The notes under the pieces were generated by a model that made no database searches, was not told where the DNA came from, and saw only the letters and a program-made list of their open reading frames with translations. A stretch of 64,000 nucleotides of DNA, taken from positions 416,001 through 480,000 of the forward strand of contig CAXXWC010000010.1 in the NCBI GenBank assembly GCA_963668645.2, written 5' to 3'. This document shows positions 40,196-47,865 of the stretch, in pieces. A program made the position numbers and the translations under genes. This DNA comes from Desulfobacterales bacterium. Its GTDB lineage: Bacteria; Desulfobacterota; Desulfobacteria; Desulfobacterales; UBA2174. Within the stretch, counting starts at the first letter, position 1; each line of letters starts with the position of its first letter.

Positions 40196-41125
40196 ATGCG
40201 GCTGGAACAGCTTGTTTTTCTTCTGGAAATTGCAAAAACAAAGTCCATCAGCCTAGCCGCGAACAATTGCCATATCAGCCATTCCGCCGTAAGCAAAAGC
40301 ATCAAGGCGCTGGAAGAAGAACTGGGTGTCCGGCTGCTGGAACGGCAGACAAAGGGTGTCCGGCTGACACAGACAGCCAGATTCCTTCTGCCCCATGCCC
40401 GGCAAATCGTCCAGAACGTCGACGCCATCCCTTCATTGCTGCGCCAGTATCAGGACCATGGCTCCGAAGAATATTCCGGCCGGTTCATCATTGCTGCCAC
40501 TCCGCCCATCATCGATACCATCCTACAGTCCATCCTGAAAAAATTTCAGGATCGTTACCCGGATCTACATATCGATCTTCATGTCATTTCCCAAAACGAT
40601 CATGAAGATCTGTACACCAAGCCGCTGGGCGATCTCACCTTCCTGAGCAATGTATGCGATACCGTAAGTATGCATACCACGGACTGCGCCCGCCAAATCA
40701 GTCCGCAGCTCCGCCAGGAAACGCTGTTCCGGTTGAATTTTTCCCTCGTGATGAAAAAGGATTCGGCTTACGCAAGAAAGCGTGTCCTTTCTGTTCGCAA
40801 CACGCGGAATGCGAAGTACATCTTCAACTATTTTTCCAGACTGGACAGTCTGATTTTTTCCCGGGAGGATTTTGCCAGAACCCGCTCCAAAATTCTTCTC
40901 AAAAGCGACAACATCGACACGATCAAGAAATTCATTCGCAATTTCGATGCGTTCTATCTGGCTGACAGCGCTCTTGTCAGACTTTTTTTCGCTGCCGAGG
41001 AAGATTTCAGGATCATTCCCGTCAAAGACCTCATCTGCCAGTTCAGCGCTCTTTATTCCGCCACCAACCCGTATCTTCCACTGATCCAGGAAATCATCAA
41101 AGAATGCCGTGAAATCAGGCTATAG
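40196..41125 (+). CDS. LysR-family transcriptional regulator
   Basis: SISLAANNCHISHSAVSKSIKALEEELGVRLLERQTKGVRLT. Confidence 0.9.
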   Translation: MRLEQLVFLLEIAKTKSISLAANNCHISHSAVSKSIKALEEELGVRLLERQTKGVRLTQTARFLLPHARQIVQNVDAIPSLLRQYQDHGSEEYSGRFIIAATPPIIDTILQSILKKFQDRYPDLHIDLHVISQNDHEDLYTKPLGDLTFLSNVCDTVSMHTTDCARQISPQLRQETLFRLNFSLVMKKDSAYARKRVLSVRNTRNAKYIFNYFSRLDSLIFSREDFARTRSKILLKSDNIDTIKKFIRNFDAFYLADSALVRLFFAAEEDFRIIPVKDLICQFSALYSATNPYLPLIQEIIKECREIRL

Positions 41126-41334
41126 ACGGTATCCAGCCTGCCTCCTGAGTGCGCGCGTCCCTATCTGTCGACCACCGTTGCCTACGGCCTTTTGCCAGCG
41201 CACTCCCCGAAACGGTCAGCGATCATCTCCGAGTTGGTCCACCATCGAGACCCTTGGGGAAATGGACCGCAAAACCGAAGCCTTGCGCATATACAGCGCA
41301 GGCTGGCCATCTCTGATTATCCAAATCATCACTT

Positions 41335-41363
41335 TTGACGTTAATCACGCGCCGCGTTATACT
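41335..41363 (+). promoter_or_regulatory. Sigma70-type promoter of higBA
   Basis: TTGACG-17 bp-TATACT immediately before the higB start; near-palindromic spacer may be the HigA operator. Confidence 0.65.
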
Positions 41364-41371
41364 TTTCATCC

Positions 41372-41650
41372 ATGATACGATCCTTCAAGTGTTCCGATAC
41401 CGAAGCACTCTCCAGGGGATTCCGTGTCGGGCGCTTCGCCAGCATAGAGTCGGTAGATCGCAGGAAACTGAGGCAATTGGAGATCGCCCAAAGTCTTGAT
41501 GATCTGAAAATTCCGCATAGAAACAGGCTCAAGGCACTCAAAGGGGATCGAGCAGACCAATATAGTATTCGCATAAACCAACGATGGCGGGTATGCTTTC
41601 TTTGGACGCAAGCAGGCGCTGAAGATGTTGAAACCGTGGATTATCACTGA
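41372..41650 (+). CDS. higB: HigB/RelE-family toxin
   Basis: MIRSFK..RRKL..LDDL..NRLKALKGDR..QYSIRINQRWRVCF..DYH. Confidence 0.9.
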   Translation: MIRSFKCSDTEALSRGFRVGRFASIESVDRRKLRQLEIAQSLDDLKIPHRNRLKALKGDRADQYSIRINQRWRVCFLWTQAGAEDVETVDYH

Positions 41651-41662
41651 GGCAAAGAAATA

Positions 41663-42001
41663 ATGGAAAAACTTGATCCGGTAACACCTGGTGAACTTCT
41701 GCTGGAAGAGTTCCTCAAGCCCATGGGAATCAGTCAATATCGCCTGGCTAAGGAGATCGGTGTGCCCGCACAACGCATTAGTGAGATAGTGGCAGGCAAA
41801 CGGTCGATCACGGCGGATACGGATTTGCGGCTATGCAAGTTTTTCGGACTCTCAAACGGTTACTGGCTGCGTGCACAGGCAGCTCACGACATGGAAGTCG
41901 CGCAGAGCAAGATGGGTTCCATCTTATCCAATATCCGGCCCTGGACTTCTGTGGTGGCCCGTCATACCCCTTCATCCGACCACGATTCTTGCAGCGGTTA
42001 A
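41663..42001 (+). CDS. higA: HigA antitoxin (HTH)
   Basis: TPGELLLEEFLKPMGISQYRLAKEIGVPAQRISEIVAGKRSITADTDLRL..YWL. Confidence 0.92.
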   Translation: MEKLDPVTPGELLLEEFLKPMGISQYRLAKEIGVPAQRISEIVAGKRSITADTDLRLCKFFGLSNGYWLRAQAAHDMEVAQSKMGSILSNIRPWTSVVARHTPSSDHDSCSG

Positions 42002-42033
42002 GCTATTCGTTACAGAAAACCCGCTAAAAGCAT

Positions 42034-42209
42034 TCAGATTCATCGCCGAGCATGGTGGGATCGGTGGTGGTGGTCTCCTCGGACCGCCCGGTATCGGTGA
42101 TCCAGGACGGCATCGAAATATCGGCCCAATGCCAGTGGAATCCGGTGACAACCAGTTCGTTTGCCCGCCGATGCTCAGGGACTGGATCAACGGGGTCTGA
42201 GGTCGTGAT
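42034..42209 (+). pseudogene. Decayed 3' fragment of the DAC gene (third copy)
   Basis: RFIAEH..VVVVSSDRPVSVIQDGIEISAQCQWNPVTT..PPMLRDWINGV* with frameshifts; downstream CTGAGGTCGT is shared with copy 2. Confidence 0.88.
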
Positions 42210-42651
42210 GCGCCTACAAGTGTCTGCAATTTTATATGATCTTGAAAACTGCTCGCCTTTGATAGCTTGACGCAGGGTTGAAGCTCTGCTATGGGATTCA
42301 CATACTAACTCGATACTCAGGAGAGCCCATGCGCGGTGCGCCATCAAACCCCATCACAGGACAGTTCAATGGGGTTTCTATTTTTTGAGGTGGACCATCA
42401 GCATCAGCAGCTTGGAGTGAAGAAGGCGTTAGATCAAGATTAACAGGAGCAAGATAGAATATGCCAAAATTGATGATTTATGCACGTTAACACCAGAGGA
42501 GAATGCTGGCGTTTTTCTTGATGCCTGGCTTTTATGCCTCTATATCGCGGGCCAACGGTGCTATGAAGAGCATCATATAATCATTGATATGTATTTATAA
42601 TTAAGAGCGATTTATTTATGTCATTTGGTTTACATTAATTTGGACGGCATA

Positions 42652-43443
42652 ATGAATGATATCTCAAAATCGTTAAAACAAATACATGAACTGCTGAATG
42701 AGGCAGACCATGTTTTTGAAAAGAATCATTCTGGAAGAAAGGATGATTATGATGTCCCTGAAATGCAAATTGAGTATTATATTAACAGTGCATTCATTCA
42801 TACCTTAGTACTGCTTGATAAACTTAATCTCTCAAAGACTTATGAACAAGCCAATGAGGTATACAATAGAGCTAAGAAGAATGGTTTTATGGAAACCCGA
42901 ATGGGTGTCAATGAACCCTATTTGATATGGTCAGCACAAATTTATAATTTCTTAGAAGCTATAGGGAATAGCTTCAATGTGTATCCATTTTTAAATTTAA
43001 TTTCTAAAGATGTCATTACAATTTTAAGAGCCACGATTTATTCTATCACTGATAAAAATATTTTTAGTAAACCACCCCAAAACGAATCGGATGTTCATGC
43101 CCGAATTGAAGCAGTTCTAAAATGTATTTTCCCTGATTTAAAGCATAAACCTTCGATAAGCAAACCAATAAAAAATTTTGAGCCTGACACTGGCCTTCCT
43201 TCTGTTCGTACATTAATAGAATATAAATATATTTCAAGTCTTCAGGACGCAAAGAGAGTTTGCGATGAGGTCCTTGCTGATACAAGAGGCTATCTTTCAA
43301 TCGAATGGGAAAAATTTATCTATGTCATTTATGAAACTTTGCGAGTAAAACCAGAAACTGAATGGATTCAATTATTAAAAGAATCTGGTGTCCAAGATAG
43401 TACTCAAATCATAGTGTTATCTGGTGAACCAATATCAACTTGA
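42652..43443 (+). CDS. AT-rich protein with a PD-(D/E)XK nuclease-like C-terminal domain
   Basis: NESDVH..FEPDTGLPSVRTLIEYKY gives E..PD..EXK spacing. Start could be 42625. Confidence 0.6.
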   Translation: MNDISKSLKQIHELLNEADHVFEKNHSGRKDDYDVPEMQIEYYINSAFIHTLVLLDKLNLSKTYEQANEVYNRAKKNGFMETRMGVNEPYLIWSAQIYNFLEAIGNSFNVYPFLNLISKDVITILRATIYSITDKNIFSKPPQNESDVHARIEAVLKCIFPDLKHKPSISKPIKNFEPDTGLPSVRTLIEYKYISSLQDAKRVCDEVLADTRGYLSIEWEKFIYVIYETLRVKPETEWIQLLKESGVQDSTQIIVLSGEPIST

Positions 43444-43445
43444 CC

Positions 43446-43506
43446 ACATATCATCTGTGTCCAGGGGACGGCGAGGATCATGCCATCCCTGAAATTAACT
43501 TTAAAC
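43446..43506 (+). repeat. Degenerate attC-like site
   Basis: CAGGGGACGGC..GCCATCCCTG hairpin directly after the stop; core boxes appear mutated (CATATC for CATAAC, CTTTAAAC for CGTTAAAC). Confidence 0.5.
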
Positions 43507-43519
43507 ATCGGGGAATATT

Positions 43520-43999
43520 ATGCAACCTGCTGAAGTGAGAAGAAAATGGGAACCGTACATAGGAAGATTCTTTCTTTCATTCACAGCGATTGAACATATT
43601 GTGACGATAACTATCGATGTCCTTTCAAAGAAGCAAATTTCTAAAACAGCTAGGACATTACTGTTCGAGAAAAGAACAGATCTTCTATCAGAACTTCTTC
43701 GTAACAATGATAAGCTATCAGAAAAGACGAAAGAAAAATTTTTGGCTCAAATAGATTCTGCTTTAATGATGACCAGAAATGTAAGGAATATAATAGCCCA
43801 TAATCATATCCTTATGGAGTTGTATAAAGATCAAAATGATGATTTTCTATATGAAATAGAGTATATCTATTCCTATAGAAACAGAAACAAGAAAATATCT
43901 TTTGATGAACTAGTAGAAAAATCAAATCAAACAGAACAGCTTGCATTTGATATTTCAAATACTTACATGGAACTTGTTCGGGAATGGTGGCGTAAATAA
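43520..43999 (+). CDS. Hypothetical protein with an Rx4H (HEPN-like) motif
   Basis: 159-aa AT-rich ORF containing VRNIIAHN. Confidence 0.6.
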   Translation: MQPAEVRRKWEPYIGRFFLSFTAIEHIVTITIDVLSKKQISKTARTLLFEKRTDLLSELLRNNDKLSEKTKEKFLAQIDSALMMTRNVRNIIAHNHILMELYKDQNDDFLYEIEYIYSYRNRNKKISFDELVEKSNQTEQLAFDISNTYMELVREWWRK

Positions 44000-44066
44000 T
44001 GTTCAATCTCGCCTTTGCAGGGGACAGCATAAAACATGCCGCTCCCGCCCATCCCGTAATCGTATG
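44000..44066 (+). repeat. Degenerate attC-like site
   Basis: CAGGGGACAGC..GCCGCTCCCG, related to the 43446 element, directly after the stop. Confidence 0.4.
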
Positions 44067-44222
44067 AAGATCTGAATATGGAAAGCATATAATTTATTTT
44101 GTCTGCGTTAATTCTCTTGACCATTCTCATATTTGTTTTAATAGCTTCGAAAGCTACTCCCAGCGTATTATCAAGAAAAGAATGAATATTGTTTTGTCGT
44201 ATTTAAGTTTTAACTATTAAGA

Positions 44223-44281
44223 CCTCAACATCAGCTTTCAGTCCGGCTCATTTCGTTCGCGGATGAAGCTGATCGTTGGAG
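44223..44281 (+). repeat. attC-like site (59 bp)
   Basis: R'' CCTCAAC; L'' CAGCTTtCAgTCCG pairs with L' CGGATGAAGCTG leaving two extrahelical bases; R' GTTGGAG. Confidence 0.75.
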
Positions 44282-44295
44282 ATAACTGATCTGAA

Positions 44296-44979
44296 TTGAA
44301 GACGATATTTATCGAAAACGATGTGTCCAGCTTCGCAGATTTCCACGATACAACGTGGTTCGCGGACCTCTTCAATGGAGTGAGAGGGCCTCAGATAGGT
44401 GGGCATGTTGAGGAATTCGCAGCGCAGTGGTGGGGGGCTTCGAAATCCTTTGTTTTGCCTTGGCTTTACGTCAATGGAGTATATGACTTGGCGAATAGTA
44501 ATGGGCCGAGAGTTATGATATCCAGGCAAGAGCTATGGGAACAACTGCTTGAAGTAAATGCATTCAAAGCGTCACTCTGGAAAATCGCTGAAGGGTCTTT
44601 TTGCGCCATCTATTACGCCTACGAGAATCTCCTTGTCCGTCTCTTGAGCGAAATAGTTCAGACGCCAATTCGAGTGAGTGATCGAGATTTCACAAAACGT
44701 CTTATATCTGTGTACGGCCAGTCGCTTGCAACGCGTTTTTGGAATTCGAATTCAATATCCGTCGCACGCGAGGTTCGCAACTGCATAACCCATAACGGCG
44801 GCAAGGCCACCGACCGCCCCCTAAGGATGAGACCACGTCCGGTCGTTGAGGACGCGGAGGGCGACGTGCTCATATCTGCGAGCAACGTTAGATCCCTGTA
44901 CGATTCCCTCAAGCCGGTGGTGAGGGAAGCCATCAGGGAGTCCCAGCGCCGGTTGAGTGCTCAGATGGAGATAGGTTAA
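44296..44979 (+). CDS. Hypothetical protein with an Rx4H (HEPN-like) motif
   Basis: Starts 15 bp after the attC-like site; contains AREVRNCITHNGG. Confidence 0.65.
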   Translation: MKTIFIENDVSSFADFHDTTWFADLFNGVRGPQIGGHVEEFAAQWWGASKSFVLPWLYVNGVYDLANSNGPRVMISRQELWEQLLEVNAFKASLWKIAEGSFCAIYYAYENLLVRLLSEIVQTPIRVSDRDFTKRLISVYGQSLATRFWNSNSISVAREVRNCITHNGGKATDRPLRMRPRPVVEDAEGDVLISASNVRSLYDSLKPVVREAIRESQRRLSAQMEIG

Positions 44980-45367
44980 CGGCCGCCACGTTGATGAATC
45001 GACAATTTCGACCTTCAGCGGATTACCAGCCGCCTCGTATCTGGCAACACGCTGAGGTCCACGTTGGGATGAACTAAATGGGTAAAATCTATGGAACCAC
45101 AAAACGGTTGGATTCTGTAAAATCAGTATGTTATCCGATTATTTTTGCCATACTTGATCATATTTTGCGATTCTCAAGGAGCCTGTGCTTTCGTTTTCCG
45201 GGGTGTCGGCTTTGCGTCTAACTCATAGAAAACACATGTAATGATTGTCATTTACGATAGATGGCTATCCTCTTTTTCGTTCTTGTCAAATCGTCCATTT
45301 CTTGATAATGTATTGCATATATGCCCGGTTGCGGCGATAACCTGCAATACTTTATCGGGAGGGCGAT

Positions 45368-45535
45368 ATGGATGGTTCGACCGAGGTTTCCCAGCGTCTC
45401 GCGGTCCTGTTCAAGCAGCATCCATGCTGGATGATCGGGCCGCTGAGCCAACAGATGGACTACTCGATTCCATCAACCCGGCGATTTCTGGCCCAGAACG
45501 GCTACTACAGCAGTTTTACGCACAACGGACGATGG
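45368..45535 (+). pseudogene. N-terminal gene fragment truncated by IS3
   Basis: GGAGG RBS, MDGSTEV..YYSSFTHNGRW, then the IS3 left IR. Confidence 0.5.
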
Positions 45536-45604
45536 TGGCGGTGGTCCCCAAAAACTGGACAATGGTGTAAGCTCTAAGTCAGACCGAAAAAGGAGGATCT
45601 GACC

Positions 45605-45886
45605 ATGAGTACCAAACGTCGACAGTACAAACCCGAATTCAAGGCCAAGGTCGCCTTGGCTGCCTTACGCAATGAGCAAACACTGGCTGAGCTGGCCAAA
45701 CGCTTCGATATCCACCCGACCATGATCAGCACCTGGAAAAGGGAGCTGCTCGACGGGGCCGCCGACATCTTCGAGAAAGGGCGCAGAGGCAAGCAGGTCA
45801 CTGATGTCCAGGTCGGCGAACTGTACCGCCAGATCGGCCAGCTTAAGGTGGAAAACGATTTTTTATCACGCAAGCTCGGCTCCTGA
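45605..45886 (+). CDS. IS3 transposase OrfA
   Basis: RRQYKPEFKAKVAL..LAELAKRFDIHP..W; T-run GATTTTTTA near the end is a candidate -1 frameshift site. Confidence 0.9.
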   Translation: MSTKRRQYKPEFKAKVALAALRNEQTLAELAKRFDIHPTMISTWKRELLDGAADIFEKGRRGKQVTDVQVGELYRQIGQLKVENDFLSRKLGS

Positions 45887-45906
45887 AGCGCGACCTGCGC
45901 CGTGAT

Positions 45907-46743
45907 ATGATCGATCCATCTCACGAGAAGCTGAGCATCGTACGCCAATGTGACATGCTGAACATTTGCCGTTCCTCATTTTACTACAAATGCAAGCCGA
46001 TCAAGCCCGAGGACTTGGCGCTGATGCGCCTGATTGACGAACAGTTCCTCAAGACACCGACCTGGGGCAGCCGCAAGATGGCCGATTGGCTCTGGCGGCA
46101 TCATGGCATGAAAAAGAATCGCAAGCGGATCCAGCGCCTGATGCGACTGATGGGCCTTAAGGCGATCTACCCGCGGCCACGAACCACACAGCCTCATCCC
46201 GGGCATAAAGTCTATCCGTACCTGCTGCGAGGTGTGGCCATCGAGCGGCCCAACCAAGTGTGGTCGGCCGATATCACCTACATCCCGATGCGCCGGGGCT
46301 ATATGTATCTTGTGGCCATCATTGACTGGTACAGCCGAAAGACGCTGTCCTGGCGCGTGTCGAATACGATGGAGGCCGACTTTTGCGTCGAGGCCCTGGA
46401 AGAGGCCCTGGCGCGCTATGACAAACCGCAGATTTTCAACACCGACCAAGGCTCCCAGTTTACCAGCACGATCTTTACTGAACGGCTCAGGGACCACCAG
46501 GTGGCCATCTCCATGGACGGCCGGGGCCGCTGCCAGGATAACATCTTTATTGAACGACTGTGGTGGACACTGAAATACGACTACATCTACCTACACGCTT
46601 TTGACAACGGAAACGAACTTCGCCGGGGGCTCGATAAGTGGTTCTCGTTTTACAACCAGGAGCGCCCTCATCAAAAACTTGACGGCAGAACACCGGATGA
46701 TGTTTATTACGGTTTGCCTGCCACCATGGCTGGGGCTGCCTGA
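45907..46743 (+). CDS. IS3 transposase OrfB (DDE)
   Basis: WSADITYI, IIDWYSR, FNTDQGSQFTS, DNIFIERLW, YNQERPH. Confidence 0.93.
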   Translation: MIDPSHEKLSIVRQCDMLNICRSSFYYKCKPIKPEDLALMRLIDEQFLKTPTWGSRKMADWLWRHHGMKKNRKRIQRLMRLMGLKAIYPRPRTTQPHPGHKVYPYLLRGVAIERPNQVWSADITYIPMRRGYMYLVAIIDWYSRKTLSWRVSNTMEADFCVEALEEALARYDKPQIFNTDQGSQFTSTIFTERLRDHQVAISMDGRGRCQDNIFIERLWWTLKYDYIYLHAFDNGNELRRGLDKWFSFYNQERPHQKLDGRTPDDVYYGLPATMAGAA

Positions 46744-47243
46744 TGTCCGGATACCAGAACCGGCTTGGAGCTTATTCTACCAACCAGGCTGTCCAAATAA
46801 TTGGGTCCACCGCCAATTGAATAAAGCTGATGTACATATTGCCAATGCAATTGCTGAAATTAAAGGATGTGGAGTTGCACAAGATCCCTTTCAGCAAGTC
46901 GCTGATTTATACTCTTTACATCGGCGTGAAGTTGTTCAAAATATTAGGGCCTTCACAAATAAGTGTTTTAAAACTTTTTTACCAGGAGATCCTAAAATAA
47001 TAAAAGATATTGAGTTCGATCAAAGTGAAAAGCAGTTGCTATTTCTTCTTGAATCGGACTTACGTGACACCTCTGAATAGAGGGACGGGTTTGGCCAGAT
47101 ACATCTTTTTATGGGCACAAAATTCTCCGGCGGCCATAGAGAAAGAACCTTGGTACGTTACTTAACTATTCGTTGATGCTTTATTATCCAAAGCGGCATT
47201 TTTAGGATTACGTTTGATTTCATATTAATAGACACAAGCATCT

Positions 47244-47681
47244 ATGGCGAGCTATAAATTTGATAATATGAAAAGTAGAATCATATCACTTCTATTAGAT
47301 CAAAAAACAATCATATGCGTTTTTCTATGCATGAACATGATTGGAATCATAAACACCTATCTTTTCAAAGAGTTGGCTGATAGTCACTCCTTGCCATACA
47401 ATCAACTTTTGGGCATAAAGATTTTGTCTCTTATTACTTATGCTCTGATCGCCTATTTCACTAACAAAGGTGTGAAAATTGCACTTTGGTTAATGGCTAC
47501 AATCGTCTTGCTGACCGGTATACATGCGTGTCTTTTAGGAATATTCGGAATTGGATGGCACCAGTATTTTCTAAAACCATATTTTACTATTTTGGGGTTA
47601 TACTTTATCTACGGCGGAATCGTATTGTTTCGGCTGAAAAAAATTGAACATCTAACATCGGCGTCGAGAGGGACTGGGTAA
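47244..47681 (+). CDS. Small membrane protein (cassette-like)
   Basis: Four hydrophobic segments, AT-rich; the stop lies inside the following attC-like site. Confidence 0.65.
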   Translation: MASYKFDNMKSRIISLLLDQKTIICVFLCMNMIGIINTYLFKELADSHSLPYNQLLGIKILSLITYALIAYFTNKGVKIALWLMATIVLLTGIHACLLGIFGIGWHQYFLKPYFTILGLYFIYGGIVLFRLKKIEHLTSASRGTG

Positions 47682-47731
47682 AGCATGCGCGATACGCGAT
47701 TGGCTTCCCCACCCCCTCACGCCGGTTATGA
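47650..47731 (+). repeat. attC-like site (82 bp)
   Basis: R'' ATCTAAC; GGCGTcGAGAGGG pairs with CCCCCTCACGCC with an extrahelical C; R' GTTATGA. The right spacer is unusually short. Confidence 0.65.
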
Positions 47732-47865
47732 CACTTGATTATCTTAATCGCTCTTTTTTCATCCATGTAAAATTGAAACTTTGCAAATATATACGTCAAT
47801 ATGGAGGCGTGTTATTGCTGGGAGCCATTTAAACAGAAAATTGGCAGGAAAAAAATGATAAAATT

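Larger units (their letters stand above)
45536..46815 (+). mobile_element. IS3-family insertion sequence
   Basis: IRs TGGCGGTGGTCCCCAAAAACTGGACA / TGTCCAAATAATTGGGTCCACCGCCA; orfA plus orfB; no target duplication visible. Confidence 0.92.
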
